This document shows, one piece after another, positions 24,980 to 32,000 of a DNA stretch of 32,000 nucleotides. The DNA is taken from positions 1,349-33,348 of the forward strand of contig JAVYME010000007.1 in assembly GCA_038736825.1 (NCBI GenBank), read 5' to 3'. The translations under genes and the position numbers were made by a program. The notes below the pieces were generated by a model. That model ran no database searches. It saw nothing but the letters and a program-made list of their open reading frames with translations, and was not told where the DNA came from. Numbering within the stretch: the stretch's first letter is position 1; each line of letters starts with the position of its first letter. The DNA comes from Candidatus Iainarchaeum sp. Lineage in GTDB: Archaea; Iainarchaeota; Iainarchaeia; Iainarchaeales; DTGL01.

Positions 24980-25675
24980 TCAGTTTTTGCCAGCATTAAA
25001 CTTTACCCTAATATGCGAGCCATCACAAAACGGCTTGTTCTTTGAAGCACCACACCTGCACAAAGTAACACGATTCCTTTCCTCATAATATGTGCCATCT
25101 GAAGATTTTATTGGAACAAAGCCCTTAACCCAGATTGGACCAGAGCATTTTGCCTGCGGGTCCTCCACCAACCCAATAGAAGGCTTGAATTTTGGCTCTA
25201 TTGCCCTACCGGTTTTTTTATGCCATACCACTAGCCTTCCAGAAGGGCAATTGCAAGCGGTTTCAATTGCCAGTTTCCTTTTTTTAACATTGCCTGACAG
25301 TTCAACCTGCTTCCAAGTGCCACCAGCCCTATGGCAAAACCTTGCAACAGCACACAATTTTGGAGCATCAGTCAAATCAATGCCAGGACCAAAAAACCTT
25401 TGCGCTTGCGCCAAATACCGTTTCTTCAAGGCAGTTTCCATTCCATTAAACCCAATTGTTTGGTGCGAGCCATCACAAAAAGGCTTGTTCTTTGAAGCAC
25501 CGCACCTGCAAAGCGCAAAAGAATCCCTTTTCTCAAACTTTTCACCAGCAATCCATTTTTCAGGCTCATTATCCCTGCCAATTCCAATGATTTCCTTCCT
25601 TAAAGGCAAGCCGCCAAAAACAAGGTATGGACCGTTCTCTGCAATCACAATTTCAGCCTTTTTCCCGCCAGCCAT
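24980..25675 (-). CDS. CDGSH-type iron-sulfur protein with two CDGSH motifs and a central Cys-rich (divergent 4Fe-4S-like) segment
   Basis: CRCGASKNKPFCDGSH occurs twice. The central segment is CAVARFCHRAGG...CNCPSGRL. Confidence 0.85.
   Translation of the reverse strand: MAGGKKAEIVIAENGPYLVFGGLPLRKEIIGIGRDNEPEKWIAGEKFEKRDSFALCRCGASKNKPFCDGSHQTIGFNGMETALKKRYLAQAQRFFGPGIDLTDAPKLCAVARFCHRAGGTWKQVELSGNVKKRKLAIETACNCPSGRLVVWHKKTGRAIEPKFKPSIGLVEDPQAKCSGPIWVKGFVPIKSSDGTYYEERNRVTLCRCGASKNKPFCDGSHIRVKFNAGKN
25014..25060. repeat. 47-nt intragenic direct repeat, copy 1 (CDGSH motif)
   Basis: TGCGAGCCATCACAAAACGGCTTGTTCTTTGAAGCACCACACCTGCA differs at 2 positions from the copy at 25464..25510. The offset is 450 nt. 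Confidence 0.9.
25464..25510. repeat. 47-nt intragenic direct repeat, copy 2 (CDGSH motif)
   Basis: This is the copy matching 25014..25060. Confidence 0.9.
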
Positions 25676-25727
25676 TCAAACCAACCCCAGATTAATCAAA
25701 ATACAAAACAAAAAAAAGAAAAAGAAA

Positions 25728-25742
25728 GCGGGCAAAGCCCGC
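25728..25742 (-). terminator. Hairpin plus T-run terminator after the 478-aa gene
   Basis: The hairpin is GCGGGC-aaa-GCCCGC. On the - strand it is followed directly by TTTCTTTTTCTTTTTTTTGTTTTG. It lies 21 nt downstream of the stop at 25763. Confidence 0.65.
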
Positions 25743-25762
25743 AAACAAATTGATAAACCCAT

Positions 25763-27199
25763 TTACACGCGGGTTGCAATCCAATCTGTTACTCCGCCAG
25801 TGCCAGCTCCACCACTCATATAATTCCAGCTAGGATCAATAGTCCCAGAAATGGTTGCAGTATAACTGTTCTCGTATGTGATGGTCATCGTTATTGTATT
25901 CCCTGTAACTTGACCAGTCATTGTCCAATTGTAAGGGGAGTTGTAAGGCGGTCCTGAACCTGCTGGATATCCTCCGGTTCCACTAATTGTTCCATCCGGA
26001 TTCTGCGTCACAACAATCATGTCGTGAATGTAGGCTCCTGAGTTGACACTAAGCAACCATGTTCCAGTAACTTTGCCAGCGTTTGGGTTTACCAGTCTAG
26101 TGAATTCTTCCACTACGCTTTGGCTGCAACCAAATTTCCTGTGCCCTTCCATGTTCCCGTAAAGCGCTGGATTGTACGCCTGCAATAAGTCCAATATCTG
26201 AGAACAACTGCAACCATTAGTGCTAGCCAAAGTGAAAGGCGATTGTGCCGCATAAAAGGTTGTCTTGCCCTTCACATTCTTTGAAGACAGCGTAGTGAAA
26301 TAGTCATCCCAGTTATAGGTGTCTGTCCACATTAGCCTGTTCACGCCCAAATAGCCCGCAGTCCCTATGAATCTGCCGTCAATCTTCCAAGGATCATTTG
26401 CTGTTGTACTGCAATACCAATTGCACACGTGCTGGTCTATTGTGCCATCGCAATCGTTATCCAAAGTATCGCAGACCTCGGTTGCATCCGGGTTTACATT
26501 TGGGTTGGAGTCATCACAGTCAGAGCTATCTTCGACAAAGCCCTCACCGCACTCACCACAGAACTCTTTTGAATTGTTGGGATCTCCAAATCCATCTTCG
26601 TCAGAGTCCGCATAGCAAGTGACAGAAGCCACTTCATCATAAGATATCTCTGCCTTGTAGATTAACCCAGTTGGATTGACTTCAGGATCGGTCGTAGGGT
26701 ATGCATAGTTCCTGACAATAAACTGCAACTTGTTAGAACCAGCCTGCAATCCAGTCAAATTGTAACTCAAAATTGTATTCCATTCCTGGTTGTCCACAAA
26801 TGGTCCTTGGACTTTGCCATCACTGCCAATCAAAGCACCATTCAAGTAAACCTCTTCAGCATTATCAGAAGTAACACTCACAATGTTCCCTGAAAGATTA
26901 GTCACACAAGACGGAAGCACTATCTCGCGCTCAAACAACCTCCAACTATCATTCTGTGCATCTTCTGTATAGTAAGCGCTTGAAATCCAATAAGCACCAT
27001 CAATAGTCGGCCAAAGAGGATGTTTCCATGTCACAACTGCATTGTTTGAAGTTCCCCAGTCTGTAGAATCTATTTCTGCATAATGGTCTATTGGACCGTA
27101 AACCAGTGTGTCTGTATCACTGACAATTGTCATTGTTGCAGCCATAGCAGTAGCGGTCAGCAAGACAGCTATTGCCATTATTCCCAATATTTTTTTCAT
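25763..27199 (-). CDS. Secreted protein: N-terminal beta-sandwich-like domain, Cys-rich DxDxDG/DCDD metal-binding-type repeat, G/T/S-rich C-terminal domain
   Basis: MKKILGIMAIAVLLTATAMA is a signal peptide. CYADSDEDGFGDP...DCDDSNPNVNPDATEVCDTLDNDCDGTIDQ resembles the MopE-like putative metal-binding repeat. GGAGG lies 7 nt upstream of the ATG. The amino-acid composition (T/S/G/N/Y-rich, K-poor) is unlike the housekeeping genes. Confidence 0.8.
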   Translation of the reverse strand: MKKILGIMAIAVLLTATAMAATMTIVSDTDTLVYGPIDHYAEIDSTDWGTSNNAVVTWKHPLWPTIDGAYWISSAYYTEDAQNDSWRLFEREIVLPSCVTNLSGNIVSVTSDNAEEVYLNGALIGSDGKVQGPFVDNQEWNTILSYNLTGLQAGSNKLQFIVRNYAYPTTDPEVNPTGLIYKAEISYDEVASVTCYADSDEDGFGDPNNSKEFCGECGEGFVEDSSDCDDSNPNVNPDATEVCDTLDNDCDGTIDQHVCNWYCSTTANDPWKIDGRFIGTAGYLGVNRLMWTDTYNWDDYFTTLSSKNVKGKTTFYAAQSPFTLASTNGCSCSQILDLLQAYNPALYGNMEGHRKFGCSQSVVEEFTRLVNPNAGKVTGTWLLSVNSGAYIHDMIVVTQNPDGTISGTGGYPAGSGPPYNSPYNWTMTGQVTGNTITMTITYENSYTATISGTIDPSWNYMSGGAGTGGVTDWIATRV

Positions 27200-27206
27200 T
27201 TTAAAA

Positions 27207-27211
27207 CCTCC
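27207..27211 (-). promoter_or_regulatory. Shine-Dalgarno GGAGG for 25763..27199
   Basis: CCTCC on the + strand lies 7 nt from the ATG. Confidence 0.55.
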
Positions 27212-27406
27212 TTATAGTTTTTTTTTGATTAACGTGCATTTGGCTGTTGATTGCAAGGTGAAAGAAAGCTAAAGCCCCCTTAAATTAGGAAAAAAATCCA
27301 TTTAAAGGAAACTGGTTCCAATGCCCTGCCCTTGCAATGCCTTGCCTGTTTACTTTTTAATCTTTCAATTTTTGTTTGGTTGAATTTTGAAAAAAAAAAC
27401 GAAAGC

Positions 27407-27427
27407 GGGCGAAAAATTTTTTCGCCC
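27407..27427 (-). terminator. Hairpin plus T10 terminator after the 738-aa gene
   Basis: GGGCGAAAAA-t-TTTTTCGCCC is a perfect inverted repeat. On the - strand it is followed by GCTTTCGTTTTTTTTTT. It lies 19 nt downstream of the stop at 27447. Confidence 0.7.
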
Positions 27428-27446
27428 AAACTTGTTGACTGCGTTT

Positions 27447-29663
27447 TTAAGGACTCGAGGTCTTGTCTTCGTCGCAATGCCCTGGACCAATATAGCCCTC
27501 GTTATAGGAAGCCAACAGCGAGGCAGTGCTAGTGAATTGCTTTCTCAATGAATCGTTTGCCTTCAAAGCCCCAATTTGTGCCGGCGTATATGTGCTGAAC
27601 CAAGTGTCTGCTTTGGCTATTGCCTCACTTACGCTGGCAGGCGCGTCAGCCCCATTCAAAATGTTAAGCCTTGCAGCCATGAACTGGTGAGCCAATTGAT
27701 AGTAGACATTGCCCTTTACTGGAGTCCAAAACACTTTATACCAGGTTTGACCGCTCAAATAGAACGGAGTGCTTGCCCCAGTTGGTGCCAGCAAAGCCCA
27801 AGTGTCATCGTATGGTGCTTTTCCGAACTCTGAATGGGTTTTCCAATAGCCTTGAGTCAAAGTGCAGCCCTGTATGCATTCCACGTTCACCAAAACAGAC
27901 CAGCTGTCTTCGCCCTTGGTTTCAGTGTCATTTGTAATGAATTCTGCAGTGTTGTCTATTTTGTGTTCGCCGCACCCTTCAGGGTCAGAGTATGGACCGA
28001 TTGTCCAAGTGTATTTAAAGGTTTTTGGAGCTTGTCCAGCGCAAACCGAGCCCAAAGTTCCCTTTAATGTGTCTGTGACTTCAATGCATTCATCTGTTTC
28101 TGTTGTCGGGCTGCCAAAGGTTATGTTTGCAGTTCCACTGTAATCTGTTGTTCCGCTTGGAGTGGGAGAGCCATTGAATGGATGGGAATAGTTTTGTTGT
28201 GTTGCTGTGGCAGTGTTTGTTCTAGTAGTGCTGTCTGGAAGTGTTGCGCTATAAGTGCAGGTGAGTGTTTGCCCTGCTGGCAGACTGTATGGGAATGTTT
28301 CCGGGCAATTTACTGTTGCTGCTCCAACTCCACTAATTGCGTCTGTTACGCTATTGATTGTTGCCGGAATTGTGGCTGGATTGCTTACTGTTATGTTGCC
28401 TGAAACGCTCCAACCAGAATCTGTATGGGTTTTGTCCACTTTCACTTCATAGTTTAGAATGTAAGTTTCCCCTGGTGCAAGAGTCAACTCGGTTTTGTCA
28501 GCTTTCTTGTCAATAGTCCAATTGTATTTTCTTGTGAACCCTGTACTGGCAGTTTTTGCAATTGAAAGCTTGTAGCAATCAACTGTAACGCTTGCACTGT
28601 CCTGTTGTCTTGTTTGAGTTATTGTTGCAGTGTTGTTGATTGTTTTGCTTCCATGATTGTTGGAATAGGTTATTCCACTGCAATCAAAGGTTTTGTTGTA
28701 AGTTACACTGCCAGAATTGTTAAACAGCCATGGGCCGCCTTGCGTGTCAGTAACTTCTATTGAAGAATTTGAAGGCCGTGGGCTTACCCCGCTAAAATTT
28801 ATTTCTTTGGAGGCACTGTTTCCGCCAACATCTCCAGTAGTGGTGACTGTGGCAGTGTTTGTTCTAGTAGTGCTGTCTGGAAGTGTTGCACTGTAAGTGC
28901 AGGTGAGTGTTTGCCCTGCTGGCAGACTGTATGGGAATGTTACTGGGCAATTGACTGTTGCTGCTCCAAATCCACTAATTTCGTCTGTTACATTGGTTAT
29001 TTGCGCTGAAGCGTATTGTGCTGGATTTGTGATTGTTATTTGTCCAATAACAGAATAAGTTGTGGATCCAAGGGTTTTTGTCACTGTAATGGTGTACTGT
29101 GATTGTCCAGAATCACCGTCAAACAAAACCCAAGCATCAGGTGTAACACTCTTGTCAATAGTCCAAACATAGTTTTGCTCAATGTGCGGATAAACATTCT
29201 TTGAAACCGAAAGGTTTACTTGTTCATAGTTGACAGAAACAGCTTTGTTGCCATTTGAGGGACTGTCAAAACCGTCGTTCAGTGTGCCATTCCAAATGAC
29301 TGTTGCAGTCCATGCCCCTCCAACTAGGTCTGCAGTTGATGCAACATAATCAGCACTTCCAACAAAGCTTGTTTCTGTTGGATTTGGATAGTTGTTTGGT
29401 CCAAAGGTGTGCTCTGTGCCGTCTGGCAATTTTAATGTTAGTGTTCGGTTGGTTATGTCGCAACCATCGCTTGATGATGGGTTTCCAGCGCTAACTGTAA
29501 AGGTTATTGTTTGTCCTGGTTGTGCTGAGGCTGTGCTTCTTGCAATGTTTACAACGCTGTTGTCTGCGTTACAGCCTGGCGGTGATGCCGGGTCTGCGGC
29601 CATAACGCTTGGTGTTGCCAGCAACAAGGCAATTGCTGCCAGCAATAATATTTTTTTGTTCAT
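27447..29663 (-). CDS. Large secreted protein with DUF11-like repeated beta-sandwich modules and a C-terminal TQGYWK-motif domain
   Basis: MNKKILLLAAIALLLATPSVMA is a signal peptide. Repeated modules follow the pattern W-T-I-D-K ... G-x-I-T-[IV]-[TS]-N-P ... I-x-x-V-T-D ... ATVNCP.TFPYSLPAGQTLTCTYSATLP. The C-terminal domain carries GCTLTQGYWKTH. GGAGG lies 8 nt upstream of the ATG. Confidence 0.85.
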   Translation of the reverse strand: MNKKILLLAAIALLLATPSVMAADPASPPGCNADNSVVNIARSTASAQPGQTITFTVSAGNPSSSDGCDITNRTLTLKLPDGTEHTFGPNNYPNPTETSFVGSADYVASTADLVGGAWTATVIWNGTLNDGFDSPSNGNKAVSVNYEQVNLSVSKNVYPHIEQNYVWTIDKSVTPDAWVLFDGDSGQSQYTITVTKTLGSTTYSVIGQITITNPAQYASAQITNVTDEISGFGAATVNCPVTFPYSLPAGQTLTCTYSATLPDSTTRTNTATVTTTGDVGGNSASKEINFSGVSPRPSNSSIEVTDTQGGPWLFNNSGSVTYNKTFDCSGITYSNNHGSKTINNTATITQTRQQDSASVTVDCYKLSIAKTASTGFTRKYNWTIDKKADKTELTLAPGETYILNYEVKVDKTHTDSGWSVSGNITVSNPATIPATINSVTDAISGVGAATVNCPETFPYSLPAGQTLTCTYSATLPDSTTRTNTATATQQNYSHPFNGSPTPSGTTDYSGTANITFGSPTTETDECIEVTDTLKGTLGSVCAGQAPKTFKYTWTIGPYSDPEGCGEHKIDNTAEFITNDTETKGEDSWSVLVNVECIQGCTLTQGYWKTHSEFGKAPYDDTWALLAPTGASTPFYLSGQTWYKVFWTPVKGNVYYQLAHQFMAARLNILNGADAPASVSEAIAKADTWFSTYTPAQIGALKANDSLRKQFTSTASLLASYNEGYIGPGHCDEDKTSSP
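28205..28349. repeat. 145-nt intragenic direct repeat, copy 1
   Basis: There are 7 mismatches in 145 nt against 28847..28991. The offset is 642 nt (214 codons, in frame). Confidence 0.9.
28847..28991. repeat. 145-nt intragenic direct repeat, copy 2
   Basis: This is the copy matching 28205..28349. Confidence 0.9.
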
Positions 29664-29671
29664 TTTTTTTT

Positions 29672-29676
29672 CCTCC
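29672..29676 (-). promoter_or_regulatory. Shine-Dalgarno GGAGG for 27447..29663
   Basis: The - strand reads AAAGGAGGAAAAAAAAATG. The same 19-nt leader precedes rubrerythrin (30541-30559). Confidence 0.55.
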
Positions 29677-29757
29677 TTTGTTTTTTTTTGATTAATATAT
29701 TGTGTTTCTTAAATCACTGAAAAAAGTAATTTAAAGTGATGTATTTCTGGGTTGTAA

Positions 29758-29848
29758 TTTGTTTGTTTGTTGTTTGTTTATTTTTTGTTTTTTTTGTTGT
29801 TTTTTTGTTTATTTTTTGCATTTTTTGTTTTATTTTTTTTCTTTTTTG
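29758..29848. repeat. Low-complexity T(n)G tract (A(n)C on the - strand)
   Basis: The + strand reads tttgtttgtttgttgtttgtttattttttgtttttttttgttgtttttttgtttattttttgcattttttgttttattttttttcttttttg. It lies about 95-185 nt upstream of the 738-aa gene start. Confidence 0.8.
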
Positions 29849-30018
29849 AAGTAATTGGCAGTTTAGTTGGTGTTTTCAGTTTGTTTTTTTTAGTGCGGTT
29901 TTTTCGCTGTATTCTTTTCTTTCTGTGAATTCTTGGGTTTTTCCTATGTTCCATTGCTGTACTGGCCTGTAGTAGCCGCATACTCTGGAGTATACTTCTG
30001 TTTTGTTTTGGCATTTTT

Positions 30019-30543
30019 TCATTTTGCTCCCCTTTCCTCTGACAAGTGCAAGTGGTCGGATTCAACTTCCACGAGTGCTTTGAATATTTGTTTTATGCGT
30101 GGGTGGGTTGATTGTTTTGCTGCGGTTTTGTAGAATTCTATTGCTCGGCTTTCTCTTGCGTGGGATTCGTTCAGGTTTTGCTTGTAGTCTGTGGTGCATT
30201 CGGCTGTTCCTTTTGGGGTTTCGTTTAGTTTTAGTATTTTTTTCCAAATGCTTGCGTGTTCTGTTTCTATTTTTGCGAGTGCTTTGAATAGTTTTTTTGC
30301 TTCTGGTTCTGGGGTTTTTTCTGCAGCACAATAGTAGAAGGTGGAATTGCTTGTTTCGACTTGGAGTGCGTGTTCTGCGTTTGTTTTGTCTTTTTCGTTT
30401 AATTCAATGTTGAATTCTGGCTTGGCTTTTTTGAAGGGTTTTATGTGTTTGCCGTTTGCTCCGCAGAACGGGCAGTTGGTTGGGTTTTTGTATCCTATGT
30501 ATGGGTCTCCGCAGATTTCGCAAATCCAGAGTTTTGCTTTCAT
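30019..30543 (-). CDS. rbr: Reverse rubrerythrin (N-terminal rubredoxin-like CxxC...CxxC, C-terminal ferritin-like di-iron domain)
   Basis: The N-terminus is WICEICGDPY...CPFCG. ExxH motifs are ETEHA and VESDH. The ATG at 30543 (MKAKLW) is preceded by GGAGG with an 8-nt spacer. Confidence 0.85.
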   Translation of the reverse strand: MKAKLWICEICGDPYIGYKNPTNCPFCGANGKHIKPFKKAKPEFNIELNEKDKTNAEHALQVETSNSTFYYCAAEKTPEPEAKKLFKALAKIETEHASIWKKILKLNETPKGTAECTTDYKQNLNESHARESRAIEFYKTAAKQSTHPRIKQIFKALVEVESDHLHLSEERGAK

Positions 30544-30563
30544 TTTTTTTTCCTCCTTTTTTT

Positions 30564-30941
30564 TTAATTGCAGTTTTTGCATTTTCCTTCAAAGATTATT
30601 TTTACTGTTTCGGGCGTGAAGTTTTTTGAGTCGAATTTTTCTATTAATTGTTTGCAGGTTTCAGTGCATGGCAAATCCATTATTTTTCCGCACTTGCTGC
30701 ATACTGCGTGCCTGTGAATGTTTTTGTCTGCGTCAAAGTGGTATTCGCCGTTTATTTCGAACCGCAGTATTTCTCCGTTGTCTGCCATTTTGTGCAGGTT
30801 TCTGTAGACTGTTGCCAGGGTTATTGTCGGAATGTCTTTTTTTACTGCTTTGAAGACTGTTTCTGCTGTTGGGTGGTTTTTGGTGCTGTAAAGGAATTCC
30901 TTGATTTTGTGTTTTTGCACTGTGTTCCTGGATTGCGCCAT
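30564..30941 (-). CDS. Fur-family (PerR-like) metal-dependent transcriptional regulator
   Basis: The winged-helix region is HPTAETVFKAVKKDIPTITLATVYRNL. HFDADKNIHRHAVCSKCGKI and the C-terminal CKNC give the structural Zn CxxC pairs. The ATG at 30941 is preferred over the TTG at 30947. The gene is directly upstream of rubrerythrin. Confidence 0.8.
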   Translation of the reverse strand: MAQSRNTVQKHKIKEFLYSTKNHPTAETVFKAVKKDIPTITLATVYRNLHKMADNGEILRFEINGEYHFDADKNIHRHAVCSKCGKIMDLPCTETCKQLIEKFDSKNFTPETVKIIFEGKCKNCN

Positions 30942-30980
30942 AAGCAAGCCTTATTAAAAATCATTATTAATAAATAAGCG

Positions 30981-31358
30981 TTATTGTTTAAATTCTTTTT
31001 GGTTGGTTTTTTCTGGAAAGAATTCTAGCGAAACAGAGTTGACGCAATGCCTTGTGTTTTTTTCAGTCAATTGCTCTCCTTCAAATAAATGCCCCAAGTG
31101 CGCTCCGCATTTAGCGCAAACTATTTCTGTCCTTTTTCCGTCTGCATCCAAAACCCTTTTCACTGCGCCTTTTATCTCTTCGTCAAAAGACGGCCAGCCG
31201 CTTGCTGAATGGAACTTGTTTTCTGATTTGTAGAGCGGCATGCCACAGTTTTTGCACTTGTAAGTGCCTTTTTTGAAATGGTTCCAGTATTTTCCAGTGA
31301 AGGGCAATTCTGTGCCTTTTTGGATTATCACTCTTTCCTCTTCTTTTGAGAGTTTCAA
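30981..31358 (-). CDS. msrB: Peptide-methionine (R)-S-oxide reductase
   Basis: Motifs seen are [28 protein letters not shown] and RHCVNS (the catalytic Cys region). Confidence 0.9.
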   Translation of the reverse strand: MKLSKEEERVIIQKGTELPFTGKYWNHFKKGTYKCKNCGMPLYKSENKFHSASGWPSFDEEIKGAVKRVLDADGKRTEIVCAKCGAHLGHLFEGEQLTEKNTRHCVNSVSLEFFPEKTNQKEFKQ

Positions 31359-31359
31359 T

Positions 31360-32000
31360 TCAATCGCCTTTTGTTTCCAGGCACTTGCATTTTAGTATCA
31401 AGAGCGCTCCTGTTATGAGGATTGCTGCAAAAAAGGCTTGTGCCAGGGTTATTGTTTCCGTGAATAAAATGAAGGCAATTATTCCGGTTATGAGGGGGTT
31501 TACCAAGGTGAAGGCGCTTGTCACCAGCAATCCTTTTTTTTCTATTGCTTTGAATTCAAAGAGGTTTGCTGCTCCAAGCGATATTCCTGCAATTATGGGG
31601 ATTGAAAGGCTTACAGCATTGGTTTGAGGGTTTTGCGAGAAATTGTAGCCTGCAATTGGAATTGATGCTAGGAATGCTAGCGGGATTATTATGCATAAGG
31701 CTTCGGTTCTGGAATTGTTTTTTATCAGTTTTTTCATTGAAATCGAGTAAAAGCTCCAGGAAACCTGGGATATTAGGATTAGTAGTGCGCCTAAACCGAA
31801 ATTGAACGATATTTCTTTTCCTGCTGTGATTACTCCAATCACTCCAATTGATGCTAGTATTGTGCCGAAAACGAATTTTTTTGAGGAGAAAACCTTTCTT
31901 TCTTCTGAAAAGAAGATTGTTGTGAGGATTGCTGTGAATATCAGGTTGGATTTTGCTATCAAGCCTGTGATTGTTGCGCTTTCAGCCAAATAGATTCCTG
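31360..32000 (-). CDS. EamA/DMT-family transporter, C-terminal part (5' end lies beyond the window)
   Basis: It is multi-TM with an EamA-like pattern. The frame stays open from 31989 to the window edge. Its stop lies 1 nt from the msrB start. Confidence 0.7.
   Translation of the reverse strand, partial: GIYLAESATITGLIAKSNLIFTAILTTIFFSEERKVFSSKKFVFGTILASIGVIGVITAGKEISFNFGLGALLILISQVSWSFYSISMKKLIKNNSRTEALCIIIPLAFLASIPIAGYNFSQNPQTNAVSLSIPIIAGISLGAANLFEFKAIEKKGLLVTSAFTLVNPLITGIIAFILFTETITLAQAFFAAILITGALLILKCKCLETKGD

Noticed and set aside
28205-28991. Diversity-generating retroelement (TR/VR pair) as an explanation for the 145-nt repeat
   Set aside because: The 7 mismatches are G/A, A/G, T/A, C/T, T/G, C/A and G/T, so they are not adenine-specific. 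Both copies are in-frame parts of the same gene, and no reverse transcriptase gene is present in the window.
29778-30065. Very basic 95-aa ORF (or 78 aa from the ATG at 30014) downstream of rubrerythrin on the - strand
   Set aside because: It lies in the A(n)C low-complexity tract, where T depletion removes stop codons. The sequence is essentially K/N/T/Q repeats, the 5' end overlaps the rubrerythrin gene, and there is no SD site. It cannot be fully excluded as a small basic protein.
30099-30977. ORFs on the + strand antisense to the rubrerythrin and Fur genes
   Set aside because: The - strand genes have clear family motifs. The + strand here is A-poor, so open frames arise by chance, and their translations are F/L/C/V low-complexity.
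1-32000. CRISPR arrays, transposases, integrases or toxin-antitoxin pairs
   Set aside because: No regularly spaced direct repeats of 25-40 nt were seen, and no ORF has recognisable transposase, integrase, Cas or TA motifs. The T-rich tracts are not periodic repeat-spacer structures.

Overview
AT-rich, K/E-rich archaeal chromosomal segment, probably from a DPANN-like lineage. Archaeal origin is supported by two tRNA-Ser genes split at position 37/38 by long bulge-helix-bulge introns, an Orc1/Cdc6-type AAA+ gene, and TATA-like boxes about 25 nt upstream of several start codons. I call 27 plausible CDS, one doubtful mini-ORF, 2 tRNAs, 2 hairpin+T-run terminators and several repeats. Housekeeping genes are guaA, argG-argH, myo-inositol-1-phosphate synthase, NAD(P)HX dehydratase, an HD hydrolase, an MBL-fold hydrolase, and a Fur-rubrerythrin / msrB / EamA oxidative-stress cluster. 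These alternate with many secreted or membrane-anchored proteins: a tandemly duplicated cassette of an M6-like metalloprotease plus an 8-Cys anchored protein, a vWA/PKD plus PEGA-repeat operon, a 13x C-x11-C repeat protein, and two large compositionally atypical secreted proteins. The most unusual signals are listed here. (1) Two local islands (about 1495-2745 and 29690-30950) have an extreme G+T excess on the + strand at synonymous sites, whichever strand is coding. (2) The duplicated protease/anchor cassette. (3) The 84-nt and 134-nt tRNA-Ser introns, each opening with a perfect A/T-rich hairpin. (4) A 145-nt near-identical segment inside otherwise diverged repeats of the 738-aa gene. No CRISPR array, transposase, integrase or reverse transcriptase was seen. 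All calls rest on motif recognition by eye, and no database search was possible.
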